Shown here one piece after another: positions 24,497-38,000 of a stretch of 41,499 nucleotides of DNA; the first letter of the stretch is position 1; the number at the start of each line of letters is the position of its first letter. Made by a program: the position numbers and the translations under genes. This DNA is from Toensbergia leucococca (Eukaryota), in NCBI GenBank assembly GCA_022813965.1, contig JALDZS010000198.1, forward strand, positions 1-41,499, read 5' to 3'. Under the pieces are notes generated by a model that was given only the letters and a program-made list of their open reading frames with translations, was not told the origin of the DNA and did not search any database.

Positions 24497-25428
24497 ACCA
24501 ATAATCCAGTCCAACTTTGAGGTGGACAAGGTAGATTTTGGATTCATGATGTATGATTATGTGATATGATGTATTGGGGCCAACGTTTATTGGGACCAAC
24601 TTTTTGTTGTTTTGCATTAGCGTACAGTTTCGCATGGAAGGTCGAATTAAGATATCAAGAGCAATTGGAAAGATAAGGGGTTGGGTCGCTTTATTTTTAT
24701 ATAGAATAGCAGAGTGTACTCTACACAGTTGGAAGAAGCTCATATTGTCAAACGTGGGAGCTGACCTGTGGGCCAAATACCCATCTTTCCAAAGCCATTC
24801 ACGACTTCAGATTGCGCCGCTGTTCTGACGCCTACGACGGCATTTTTTTGGCGCCTGTGATTTGATTGAACGACACCTATGCAAACGGCAGCGGGATCTT
24901 GACCAGGAAGTTGTATATCGCTATACATGATTCGGTCCTATTACATGGTATGGATATGGCCACAGATTTGTAGTGACGGAGGCCTGATGAGGCTCCCGCG
25001 TCCTTTAACAGTTCTTTGATTATGAAGGTAATAGATGTTGTCAGAGTTCAGGTTGTCAGAGAGGTACAGGGGCAAGGTGACATATCCTTGATATATTGAC
25101 TGACTGCAGAGTTGTACGTCCATAAGATATACTAGAAGCAGGGAATATATGATAGTCTATGGCATTCTCCTATCTGATAATACGTTCTAAGAGAAGTGAT
25201 TGAAGGGTATGTCAGGCTGTTCTTTCCTGGATGGTCAGTCATGACTATTCTAAGGGCGCCTTAGTACTAGAGGGAGGGTTTGCCTTGTATCTAAGAAATG
25301 GAGGCCCCGACACCTCCTCTTGTAAATCAAAAAAAAACAACCTTAAGCTCGAATTTAAGACGTCTACACGCAGAACAGATAATATTGTGGCACTTAAGAA
25401 AGAGTAAATGAATATTGTGAAGAGTAGC

Positions 25429-27858
25429 CTAATCATCATCGAATATCTGATACGTGTTTTGGAGGATGGTGTCGATTACGCGAACTTGCCACCCAGCGTC
25501 GGCGATGTTCGGACCTGTACTTGAGCCCATGAGTGTTGGTCTAGGGTATGTGTAAGTAGCTGCATCGAACCAATGGCAATGGTCATACCCAAAACATATA
25601 GCCAGATTTCCTGCGTTCATTCTATTCGCCCCCGCGTGCTCTTGCACGCGATTGAGATGCTGTCATTTGGTTTAGTCTCCGTAACAAGAAGGCGCAAGGA
25701 GATGAGGATTACTTACAAGTGCCAACGCGCGCAGGGTAGCATAATTCGGGTCTGGCAGACTATTGATTGTAGCATGTAATGAATCACGGCGAGTTATATC
25801 GTCGTCAATTCCTATAGGAGGGTGAGTCTTAGAACGGTCCTAGTCTAGGCAAATCTGGAAACCTACGTGCAGCTTCGATGAAACCCTGGTAATGCTCGCG
25901 TGTTAGCAAAGGATCTGGTAAGTCCCTGAAAAATTGTTTGAGCAAGCCGGCAACACTGTTCACGTCGTGAAAGAAGGTTTCCGGATTCCGAAAGTCCACC
26001 TGAGAGGAATCTAGCAAAATCAGCCCATACAATTCATGAATGTCCCTATTACATTGTTTCTCACCATTGTCGAAAATTCCTCGAAGTTTCATCACATGTG
26101 AAGCCGAACCAGACAGCCGATATATTCCTTCGACATCCAGCCCAAACAGATCTACAGCTTGCAGACATTGATATATCACCATGGGTACAGCCGAGCCATC
26201 TCGCTTAAACAAATCATCTAATGAGACACCGAATACCGGTTTCAATGGTGGCAAGTCGACAGGGATGCGTTCACCAGGAGCTGTTGCCGTCGGCGTCGAG
26301 GACTGCGGATACGCGGCAGCAGAGGCCGGAGTGGGGGGAAGTTGCGAAGGGCCGACGGCACCTACAGATGGAAAGCTTGCCTGCTGTGGCGAGCTATTGT
26401 AGATTTCATCTGGCGCTGCTGAGGTAGATTTTGTCGAAAGCCCTTGCCCTGGACCGTAATTCTGGATTTGGGCTGACCCTTGCTGAGTCGGTGAACTTTG
26501 CATACCAGCTACTGCCATTGTTTGCTGATTTGACATAAGCTGAGACCGGCGATTGATGGAAGGTGGTGTTTGTTGGGAAGGCGCCAGAGTCTGCAAGAAT
26601 GTTAATGGTCTGATTTCAAGGAGGTAGCAATTTGATTACTGGATGACGCTCATATCGGATATCGGTGGGCTTGTGCCCTACCTTCGAGGTAAAACTTGTT
26701 ACATAATTTTCGAGGTCTCTTTCATTGTCGATCTGATAGACCACATCTCGCAAGCTGCGGCCCTGGGGCCCCTGACCATTGCTATGCCCCTTGAGTGGAC
26801 TAACACAGAGGCCGTTGCTCAAAAGCAGCTTTTCATTGAATGATGCTAACACGGCGTAAGCATTGTTGATATTAGGTTTGGAGAGAGACACAAGACGCCT
26901 ACCAAATTTTTGTAATTGAAGAGTTAAGCCCGAATCGCACTCATTGATTATTTCTTGGAGAGCCTGTCGAGCCTGTGGTCGCGAAGACGTGAGAAGCTCT
27001 TGCCGCTGACTTTGGGCCGCCTGGACTTTGGAAGAATAGTCTGTGTCAGCAGCCTGCAGCTTTCGATTGAGGTCCTCTTCGTGCTGAGCCGCAGACTTGG
27101 GCCCCTTCAGTCCGAACACTCTCCCGGATTGCTTGTCCCCGGTGCGAGCGCGATCATAGTCTTCGGCAAGTGAGTCGTACTTCGCCTTTGCCTTCTCCAT
27201 CAAAGACTCGGAGTCTTGCACCCTCTTCTCGGCGCTCAACCCGGTCTGCTTCCACTGTTTCCGTCCTCTTTCCATGTTTGCCGCCAAGTCATGAAGATCT
27301 TCTTGCATTTGGTGCAAAGACAAGGCGAACTGGATACCATTGTCTGCCATTCGCTCGTGTATTCGTACTACCTCATCATAATTTTGCACGTAGGACCCTT
27401 GACGGTTATCTGGCCGTCGTGCAGACTCGTGGGTGCCTCTGCATAATTTTCTGAGGCCTTGTGCGTGTTCCTCTTCGAGTGTTGATCTTTTTTTTAAGAA
27501 TAAAGCGAACTCCTGCCCTTTCTTAGACCCTAATTGACATGATGGATACAACTGGTACATACGCGCGCAGATGCAATGCTCTGCTTCAGCCGAGTGAGTA
27601 AAGTGTTGACTCCAATCTGCGGACAGGTAAGTAGTCGGCCATAGCTGGGTTTATTCGGCGACATACATCTGATCTCAGCACACTCTCGACGGCTTGAGAA
27701 GTTTCCCGCAAGGGAGCTGTAATTGGGGGAAGGACCGACCCATCTTCGCTGCTTCGTTGGGCAGGCTCACTGACAGAATTCTCGATGAGCTGATTTGAAA
27801 CATTTGCGTACTCTTCGGAGGAGCCCTCTTGTGCAATAATGTCTCCGTTTATCTCCAT
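25429..27858 (-). CDS. RGD1: F-BAR + RhoGAP protein, Rgd1-like
   Basis: F-BAR segment EFALFLKKRSTLEEEHAQGLRKL, and RhoGAP VFGVSLDDLFKRDGSAVPMVIYQC..EGIYRLSG..VAGLLKQFFRDLPDPLLT..NRMNAGNLAICFGPTL. Confidence 0.9.
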
Positions 27859-28098
27859 TGCGTGAATGTATCACCGCAAATTCCTCAGCTACAGCACTGA
27901 CATGAAAATTACACATAAAATAGCCGCGAGGCGCAGCAATTTTGCTTGCTCGTGATCTATCCCCCGACCTAAGGAGCATCACCATCACCGTCATGGTACT
28001 AACCAAATCAGGCAATAATCAGGATGTAATCTACGCTTATTCCTCATGTTATTAAAGTTACCATATTTTACAATTCTTTTAGGATATTGCTAATTCTA

Positions 28099-28170
28099 CG
28101 GAGGCGTGGTCCAAAAGTAATCGGACACGCTAAAACCTAGCGTCTACAGGGATTCTCAGCCCTAACATTT
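28099..28170 (+). repeat. Left TIR of the Tc1-like element
   Basis: cggaggcgtggtccaaaagtaatcggacacgctaaaacctagcgtctacagggattctcagccctaacatt is an inverted match to 39270-39341. Confidence 0.92.
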
Positions 28171-28332
28171 ATTCTATCCATTGAATTGATGGATTCTCTA
28201 TTGAAACGCATACAAATCATAGTATTATAAGGTGAGATACTCTATATAGTATATATAATGACTACTAACCTCTCCTAGACCTTGTACTCACTGTGATGAT
28301 CATGATCTCTGCCTTTTAAGATCTTTTTAATG

Positions 28333-28462
28333 ATTGTTTTTCAGATTGTTTTTAAGGGTGTTTTTGAGGTTGTTTTCAGGGTTGTTAAGGGTGTTTTTCA
28401 GGTTGTTTTTTGAGTTGTTTTTGAGGTTGTTTTTGAAGTTGTTTTTGGGTTTGTTTTTTGAG
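28333..28462. repeat. Degenerate 12-bp tandem repeat (~gttgtttttgag)n inside the transposon
   Basis: About 10 imperfect units are visible. Confidence 0.8.
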
Positions 28463-28566
28463 TTCTCATCTTGAGAGGGGTGAAGTCAATGACTCTAAAG
28501 TAAGAGTTCTAGAATTATATTTCATTTAAGATTCAGAGAAAGATAAGAAAGAGAAGAAGAAGGGAG

Positions 28567-28567
<1 letters not shown>

Positions 28568-28597
<30 letters not shown>
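28568..28597. repeat. (TAA)10 microsatellite
   Basis: Directly visible. Confidence 0.95.
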
Positions 28598-28699
28598 GAA
28601 GAAGAAGATAACATAAAGGGTTTTTGCTGTTTTAGGGGGGAATGGCTCAAAAACGTCATCTGAAAAGGCCTGCAATTCCCTTCACATAGTAAGCTAATT

Positions 28700-29535
28700 T
28701 TTTCTTTCTTTTGATCAGAAGTCAACATCAAGTCTTTCTTTCTTATACTTATTTTCTTCTTTCAATTCAATGATTATGATGCAATGTCTAGACATTCACT
28801 CAATTCAAGCCTTAATAGTCTTCTGAGGTAATTTATTTTATGCCCTAGTTCAGACTTTCTTTGTAATAAGATGATTTTTAGGCAGTCCTTTTTTTATTAT
28901 TTTCTTCTTCATATAAAATCAACAAGGTTCTATTATGTTAAGATTAGATGAGTTTCTTAATCAAAAAAGACATAGAATCTTAGCATTCATAAAAACTCTG
29001 TGCTGATATTAAGAAACATGAGGCCCAGCTTTATTCTTCTGTACAATCATCAGCATATCTAGCTCTTTTTTACACTTCTAAGCAAAGAGAATTAACAAGG
29101 GTTTGAGAATCAATTGTTGATAGCAATATCAGTCAATTCTCTTCTTTAAATTGTATATCATCTTTTTTATTCTTTTTGAACTTTCATGTAAGCTTTATAT
29201 TAGGAAGGTTTTATAAGAAAAGACATGTCAATTTATTAGTAATTTCTCATTGTTATTTCATTTTTGACTTCAATTTCTTATTTCTTTTTTTAAGATCTTG
29301 AACAGAGGCCTTCTTTTCTTTTATAGTATCTAAGAATCAGCAATGCATAGGACCTTGTCTTTAATCAGTCATTTTTTTTACTATTGAAGGATCAAATATA
29401 CCCTTTCTATCATAACAGAAGGAGCCTCAAAACATGAATTCTGAGCTTTCTTTTTATCTATTCTGAATAGTAGCTGAAGTCAGCTGAGGATTGCGGCCTT
29501 CTGCTACAGTTTTTCATACCTGTATACTCCTTCTT
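28700..29535 (-). pseudogene. Transposase catalytic (DDE) part, mutated
   Basis: Relics EFMF*GSFCYDRKG, KNKAGPH (~29017-29039, from a QEDxAxxH-like motif) and *LRNSSNLNIIEPC* (~28919-28963, from a WPxNSPDLNxIExxW-like motif). Left boundary is approximate. Confidence 0.8.
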
Positions 29536-29680
29536 TATAAGGGTCTCTTAGAAGATGAATTACTATCTAGGTGCAAAGCTACTAGATATACCATGACTAT
29601 GTTAAGTCACTTAGGGTTTTTGACTTGTCTATCCTTACCTAACTACTCCTAGCTCTAAGTATAAAAGAAACACTGTAATA
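29536..29680 (-). repeat. 3' LTR (145 bp, with a 27-bp internal deletion)
   Basis: Direct repeat of 38468-38639; ends read tata...taata, mutated from TGTA..TAACA. Confidence 0.9.
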
Positions 29681-29759
29681 ACATGCCTTATATGAAAAAG
29701 ATCCTTCATGCCCTTATGGTTCTGCCGCGGACTTTTCATATTAGAAAGTCATTTCATCT

Positions 29760-31128
29760 TGACTTAGATTCTCAGTGACTGATAAATAATATGAAAATGA
29801 GTTATCACAGTCTGAGGCAGTGAGCAGTAACAGGATGGCAGCGGGCAGTGACAGGACTGCAATGAGTGACTGTGCAAGAACTACTAAATAATATAAATAT
29901 GTAGCTGATAATAGTAGAATTTTTATAGCTTCTTCTTCTTCTGCTGCGCTGATATTTATTATTAGTAACTCTTTATTAGGACTAGGTAGCCCGGAATTAG
30001 TCAAGACTTCTACAGAACTTTTAGTTAATATGACACTGAGATGCTTTGATGATCTCCTTCAGTCATTATCTTTTAATCTATTCATGACTTTGCTTAGCGT
30101 ATTTATTACAGTAAACGTGAATCCTTTATGAGTATTCTGTTCAGTAGGTCATTTGATTTATAAGATTGCTAACATAAAATTGTCTTAAAATGTTATTAAG
30201 TCTCTAGCATTTATTGTAAAATCCCCCTGAATCTGCTGGGGTTCTTTGTTAATCAAGTCAGTTAAATTTATTAATTCAGGTCAGTCTAACTTCAGATAGA
30301 GCTACACTATGATATTATAATGAACATTTTATGCTCACTAAACTAGTTCTTACTCTCACTGCTTTCTTAGACAGATGTATGACTCACACTGATGTCTATA
30401 CTCAGTATGTGTCTGAATCTTTCAGTCATGGTGATTCTTTGTTATTGCGTTAGCAATTTCCTGGCAGTCATCTTTTAGGGCATAGTCAGAATTGAATAAA
30501 ATGTGTCACTTATTAATAAGGGAATCAAATAAATCCTTTACTTGATATTTTGTGTTAAGAATATTCATAAAAGTTTCATTAGCATAGTCTATCTTTCCTT
30601 GAAGGTTTTATCTGAGATCACTAAGTAGATGGATTTTTTAGAAGTAATCTTGCTAATATTGATCCTCACTCATTCTTTTGTCTGTGAAGAGTCTGTGACA
30701 ATTTCTATCATGTATTTCATAAGATTAATATTTGTGCTGGGCTTAGTAGGTAATGTGAGAGAATCAGTGATAATATACCCTTCTATTGAGCTGAAATTTT
30801 TAATTGCAACCCTGGCGGCAGGGTGCAGGTATCTTACAGTATATTCAATCTCATACATCTCATTCTTGTATTTGATATTTAGGAGTTTGTAGTCACAAGG
30901 TTGTGCCTTAGTGAGCAGTTGTTTTTTTATCTCTTTCAGTATATATTGCTGATCTTCAATAGTAAGGTCTCTAAGCTTAATTAATAAAGATACTTTCATA
31001 GTTGTTTGTTTTATGCTTGAGAAATCTATAAACTTTTCAGACTTCTTTTGTTTTTTGACTGAGGTGACTAGTGCTAATAACTCAAAATCCTCAGTCATCT
31101 CTGAGAACACTACTTTACGCTTAGTCAT
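29760..31128 (-). pseudogene. Additional unidentified ORF between pol and the 3' LTR
   Basis: Open for ~150 codons from MTKRKVVFSE (ATG at 31128). The same frame appears to continue with scattered stops to an Arg-rich end. The 3' limit is approximate. Confidence 0.5.
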
Positions 31129-31949
31129 GATAAATCTAGAATAGTAGCAATGTTTCAATAAAAGCGTTGAAGATAAGATGATATGATTAAGACCTTTCAA
31201 ATTATTGACTGAATAATTAGTAATAATTTTAATGTATAAATAATAAAATACTAGTTAGATACTACTGACAGAGGTAGTTTAAACGCTAGATAAGAAAGAC
31301 AGATATCTTGAAATCTCCTTATATTATTCAGTATGTAAAGTATTAGAAGATATTTGACAGCACTTAAAGCAAGCAGAGTATCTTTAACTAATTTAGACTG
31401 TACAGATAGCATAAAAGATTTGAATTGCTGAATTGATAAAGGTAGTTGATAACACTGTGTTGCAGACTAATCTGTGAGTGTTTTAGAGGTTTGACAATCT
31501 AGATAATAAGGAAAAAACAGTAATGAATCTGTAGCAAACTTTTGAACAAAATAAAAATTATGAAAATTGTAAATTGTTAATAGAAGACTGCTCAGCTTGT
31601 AGACAATTCATGAATTCTTGACAATAATATAGATGAGATGATAGCAAGCTATACTATTGATAACAACTGACTTGATAAATAATAAAAAGACAATAACAGT
31701 GAATGTAGAATAAGAAAGGATAAAAGGGTAAAAGAAAAAGGTAAGGTTAAGACTTGAACTAATTCACTATATTTGCTAACAAAAGAAATAGACTGTGTGA
31801 CCTTTGCCTTTGATGATAAATTTACTGTAGTTATTTCAGTGAGTAATTATAGGCAAGTAGAGTTTCAGTGTGATTTCTAGTGATAGCTACTGCATGACCT
31901 CTTTAAACTGTCCTTATCCTTGTTTTATAATTATCTGAGTTCTTAATAC

Positions 31950-34900
31950 TTTTAAGGCATTACTATCTATGACCTATATTAGTTGCTTGTCTCTAGAAGC
32001 CTTATAGTCCTGTATTAAATCTATGAAATTACTCAAGTTCTTTAGATTTATAAACTTGTCATGCTTTGGTCTGTATCTTTTTTATCTTATTAGATATTCT
32101 GTAAATTTATCAAATTCTTTTCTAACAATTCTTTTGTTGAGTAGATGTTTCACTTTAAAAGACTTGAAGGTTTTAGTATCATCGTTAACATAAATTGATA
32201 ATGACTCATTCAGCTGAGGACATTAATATAAATTCAGGTTAGGGTTTAGCACTGACTTCAATTGTTAAATGATAAACACAGGGTGCACTCATCAATTCTG
32301 TAAAATATTCAGTTTATAGGTCAGTCATTCTATCTTTTCTATGATTTTGAACGGTCTCATAGATTGCATATCAAGCTTCTTGAATCTGACGCCTGAAGTA
32401 TTCAGCAAATATTCTTTGTATAGAACTATCTGCACATAATCTCTGACCTTCAAGTTTATTGATTGATGCTTGTAATTATAGTAATATTTAGTCATCACTG
32501 CAGTGAAGTCTATTGTGTCTAATACTTGAACTCAGAAGTTTAGAATATCTGTAACTATTCTGTCATCCTTCTCTGTGATTCAGGATGTTAAATCTTAAAT
32601 AAATGTTCAATAACATATCTCATTCAGAGTCTTATTTATAGACACAGATATGAAATTGTTCAAGTTAGACTGCAGAAGAGGTATTATCTTTAATCAGTGT
32701 GCTAAATCTTTCGTGAATTGCATATAGTATTAAAGGGCTATTTTTACCGTTTGATTGGTTCTTTTTGATTAACTGTTAGTCTGTGAGTGGTAGGCAGTGC
32801 TATATAAAAGCTCTATCACTAACTGTTCAAATAGTGCTGTTCAGAATAAAATAAAGACTTTTCAGTCTTGATTGAATATGATCATTAATGATAGGCCTCA
32901 TTCAGCTTTTATCAAGGCAGTGAGGTAACTTATTGCTCAGTCTTCAGTAGAATACTTGAATTCTTTAGAGATTAACAGTACTCATTTGCTAAACTTGCAG
33001 ATAGTCATTATGAGATTATTGAACTTTTCTTCTGACTTTAAAAGAGCAAGGATAAAATTAATAGTAATAGTATAAAATAACTGCAGTAATGCTATGATTG
33101 ATTGCAGTGATTTATAAGGCATATGTCTGTGAATTTAATAGATCTAACAGGTAGAGCAATGTTGAAGGTAGTCTTTCAAAGACTTGTGTAATTCACAGAT
33201 ATATTAGGAATAAGTAATTTTCTTATACAACTTGTCATAGCTTAGATGACCTTGATTGTCATGAGCAGTTGCAAATATCTTCTTCTTATAAGTTCATAAT
33301 ATAATCAGTCATCTTTCATTAGTTAGTTTATTAATATAAGAAATTAGACTGTTATCTGCCCCCTTAAAAGGAATTTTTGCATCGCTCACACTATGATTTT
33401 TCTTTAGAACTTTCAAGATATTTTTCAATTTAGTATCCTTTTTATGACCTTGTATGATCTTTGTCTTGAAATCCTCATCTATTCTGATGAAGGTAAAGGA
33501 ATAAACATACAGTGCATTCAGTTTTGAATCACCTTTATTGAGTTTATCATAAATTTTTGAGTCTAAGCGCAATAGGGCATCTAAGATCATATTTTTCTTG
33601 CTGAGAATATGCTGTATATTCAGTTTAAACCTTTAAAGGTATTTTGAGGCACAGATAAGCTGTAGGTTTAGCTTGACTGTCAATATAATATTAAGACTTA
33701 TCTGAGTAGCAATGTTAATGGTAGATGCATGATCAGTTAAGATAATATTTCTTTTAAATGATTTTATTATATAATAAATTTTCTTTATTACTTATATTAG
33801 ACAGGCTATTTTCATCTTAACAGGTCAGTAATAAGTTTCAGCAGGGCTAAGAAGGCAACTTAAAAAAAGGATAGATTCTATTTGACTAAAAGATAAGTAT
33901 TTTCTGATTTTCTTATCATTGAATGCATGTTCTGATTTTCTCATAAAAGATATAGTTAGTTTTAGATCTTCTTTTACATGAAAGATCATGACTCTCATAT
34001 CTTTCTTAGAAGCATCAGAGTTAGTTCACAGATCTCTCATGTGATTGAAATGATGCAAGTTGCGTGGCAAAGATAGCATTTTCTGAATCATTTTAAATGA
34101 TCAGGTTTCTTCAGAGAATAAATCTTCAACAGAAGTTCCTTTGAAATAAGCCTTTCTAGCATTATCAGTTAGCAGGCTTGGTTTCAGTAGTAAGATCTTT
34201 CTATTTTAAAGAGGCTGCGCTATTATCACATATCATAAAATGTAGTTTTTTAAGTAACCTGTCAATTCTAGGTAGGTCTCTAGTTTCTTTAATGTATTTA
34301 AGAACTTTAGCTAAGCTATTGCTTCTAGCTTTTCTTTTACTATGAATAATCTGAAAGAGTTAACTCACTGTCTGAGTAGTATTACTATGAGGTATTCAAT
34401 AAACAACTTAATTTCTTTCAAGAAAATGCTCATCTGCGTTAACTTAATGAAGACCTTTTTCAGATGATCTAGATGTTTATTAAGGGTCTCAGAGAATATG
34501 ATAATATTATCTATGTAGGCCTTGACAAATTCACTAAAGTCCCGTAGAATTTAATCTATTTGTCTTTGTACATAGGTCAGTGATCCCTTGTAACTCATTA
34601 TCAGTACTTAAAAAGTCTCTTGACCTCAGTGAGTAATCACTGTCTGCTTGTGATAATTCTCTGATTTTATTAGTTATTGATAAAAGAAAGAGGCACCATC
34701 TATACTTATAATGTATTTATAGTCTCTAGTCAAGGCTATAACATCTGACTGTAGCAAAAGTGAGTAGACGTCAGGCTGAGTAACCTGATTAAGCCCTTGA
34801 ATATTTATAACAGCTCTTCTTTTTTTATACTATAAACACTGAAAAGCTAAAAGGAGTACTCTAATTGATTCATTGTAGCCTTTCTTGTTCATGTAGTTGA

Positions 34901-37900
34901 TTGAATGTCTGATCTATCACTTCTTTGTCTTTGATGCCTAAAGGATAAACCTTGACTTTTCCTTTGATGAACTTTTCTCAATCATCCTTCAGTGAGATGA
35001 TCATCTATTCTTCTGAAAAAACCTCAATGAATCTACCTTCTTCTTATAAGGTGGTATGCTGATTTACTACTTTTATCAGGCGTTTCCTGATGGCTGAATC
35101 ACCGTATATTCTAACTTTATTTGACATGCTATGTTTTATATCTGATAGAATAGCTATGAATTGTTTAGACTAAGTATCTAACTTATTAATGTTCAGAATT
35201 GCAAGTTTAGGTGTTGAGTTTATAATTAGTAAAATATTAGGTGAATTCATTTCAGTAGTTTCTAAAGGGTTTGCTATTAAATTTATCACATACACTGCAG
35301 CAGCGGTGGCAGCAAACAGATATTTACCTCAGTGAGTCTTATAGTCTTTCTGTGGTTTTCTCATGGCTAAATCTTATATGTCTTTATTATATACAACATT
35401 CACTGTGTAGCAATTCTTGTGATTCATTTTAGTGACAAACTCTAGCTGAGCATTCCTTGAAATTATCACACTCATCTGTAATTTATTGAAGGCTACTATT
35501 AAGGTGATAGCTGCGTTAACTACATGCGTGTACGGAGTAGTCATAGATTCTTTAGGTTTAAAACTAAAGTCTTGATCCTCTAATAGATCTAGGTGACTGA
35601 CATCTATGCTAGCGCGTTTACTTGAGGGCATATACACTTCAGCTTTTGCGTAAATGCCCTGTTTAGTGTATGAGTCTCTAGAAGTTATCTCAATTGAGAT
35701 GTTAATATTGCATGCCTCAAAATAAGCTGTTTTGCTAAATAGCATTAAGTCAACCTTTTTCTGACCTAATATGTTTATAACAATTAGCATTTTGACTCAC
35801 AGGTTATTTACAACGTATGCTTTGTAAGAGATCAGTGCAATTTATGATTTATCCTCTCATTTCTCTAGAAAGTGCATTTTCAGATTGACATATTCTTCAG
35901 TCTGATATTAATCAGGTTCTATTCTGCGGAATTTTGCTGGTTTATTCACTTGATTAATTGAAATAGTAAAATTATGCTGACAAAGAAATTCTCAGTCAAT
36001 TAGTGTTATAGATGCACCTGCATCTAAACATACTGACTCTGATGTGAATGTTTTAGATAGGCTACATAGTGTTGTGACAAATTAAAAGGTTTAAAGACCT
36101 TCTGTTATCTTTACCTCATTAACAGCAATAGATTTTGCTATTAAAATTTCCTTGATTAAGTTATTCACTGAGGCTGCAACTGACACTAATACTTGTTGCT
36201 TTTGCGGCATGAGTTTATCTGACTTAACTTCCCCTGACTTGATCACCTTAGCCTTTGAGTGATCAGCCCTGATGTGCTTATGCATAAGGTTTTTTGATAA
36301 AAATTTCAGCTCACATGTCTTGCACATAACTTTTAGCATTAAGATCAAATTCACATCATTTATGATAGATATATCACTATTGTCATTATATTGACGTGAC
36401 TGATAGTGCATGACTGCATCATCTTATTGTTGTTGTATGTAATTTGCTCAGTAATTGCCTGAATCTTTCTCAGGCTGTATGTCATCCTTATTACTCTTAT
36501 TAGTAGTTTCTTTAAGGTCATTAATGTCAGTATCTATCTAATACGCTGACTGCCTTTTAAAGAGACGCTTGTTATCCTTTTTAAAGGATGCAGTTTTCTT
36601 GAGTTTTTTTTTGAAACTTTAAGTCCTTATTACTATTCTTTATTTGTAGAGGACGGCAATCTGAGCTGATAGGCTTCAGAGGTTGTTTCTTGCTAGGATT
36701 TTAGTAAGGTAAGGTATTAAAATTACCTTGATTTTAATAATTTGAGTTATTACTATAGCCTTAATTGTTTCCTTGATAATAGCCATGATTATATGACTGA
36801 TATGCCTGCAGCGGTGTCAGTGCGTAGTACGGTCAAATCAGTAAAATAGCTGAATAGGCTGACATTGTTCTGACCTTTCTTATGCTACAATCTTTGTTGC
36901 GCAGGTTAGTACTAATAATATAATCATAGCTTTTCAACCCAGCCATTTCTGCTCATATATTTTCCTTGACATCTAGTTGTGTCATAAATTCAGCCATGAT
37001 AGTGGCGGTGATCAGTTCTGATATATCACGTCAACATTTCAGAGTTAGTATGTTTCATGCATACGTTAGCTGATGGTAAGTTGATTTAAATTCTGCTGCT
37101 CTAGCATGACAGAGAATGTCTTAAATGTAGGCCCTTAGAGTTCTATCAGATTATACCTTTTTCATGAAATAACACTGAGAGGTAAGTAGTTGCAGCGCCT
37201 ATGGCGTGCGTATTTTAAATCTTTGAACTATTTGGTAGTAATACTGTTTTATAGGGCAATTGCGCAAGAGTTTCTTTTTTATTTTAGTAAGTTCTGAGGT
37301 GTATCATCTAGTTGCTAAACCTTAAAAGGTCTGTGATATTATTATCCTCAGTTTTTCTTCTTCTTACACCTTTTCAAGGTCTCTGAGGCAATCAATATAG
37401 ATATAGATGTCTTTATAGAAAGTATGTCTTTTAGAGGTGAATATTCTGTCAGTATCTGTATGATCAGGTTCAAAATACTCTACTTCTTTACAGGTTTATT
37501 CTTTGAGCTCTCAGGGTTTGTGGTCCTGAGGTCATTCTGCAGAATTTTCTGCAGGTATTTCTAACCTTCTCTGTACAGCAGTGATGACTGTTATAACTCA
37601 GTTTCTCAATTCATTTAGTTGGTCCTGAGGAATACTAGATAGTTGTGTCCATGGTATTTCCTTTATTGACTCACAGGGGTTACCTTGATACTGAAAAGGA
37701 TCAGGCCTTTGTCAAAAGAAGGTTGCTCTCACTATTAAGTCATGGCTTTTGCACATGCTGCATCTTTAGCTTTTTCACGGTTCACTATTTATTAAAGGGC
37801 TAGTGTGTTTAGGTTATTGATGTCTTTCTTTAAGTTCTGAAAGTCATTGGTTGAATCAAATTCATTAGTCAATTCTGAAGGTAACTCAGTAAGTAGTTCA

Positions 37901-38000
37901 GACATAGATGAGTCAGCTGTTTTTGATGTTTTTGATTTAGGCTTAGCCCTTTTAGTAAGGTAGTTATTAGTTTGATGATAAGGTTTTATGAGTCTCTTAA
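31950..38000 (-). pseudogene. gag-pol relic
   Basis: Protease VCLDAGASITLID (~36000-36040), RT AYIDNIIIFS (34506-34517, from YIDD), RNase H NSDAS and LTDH, integrase H..H..C..C (~33140-33270) and STAYHSQTN, chromodomain VKHLLNKRI..EYLIR*KRY (~32010-32165). Boundaries are approximate. Confidence 0.9.

Noticed and set aside
28333..28462. CRISPR-like or telomeric array
   Set aside because: The context is eukaryotic, the degenerate units are contiguous with no spacers, and the unit is not TTAGGG.
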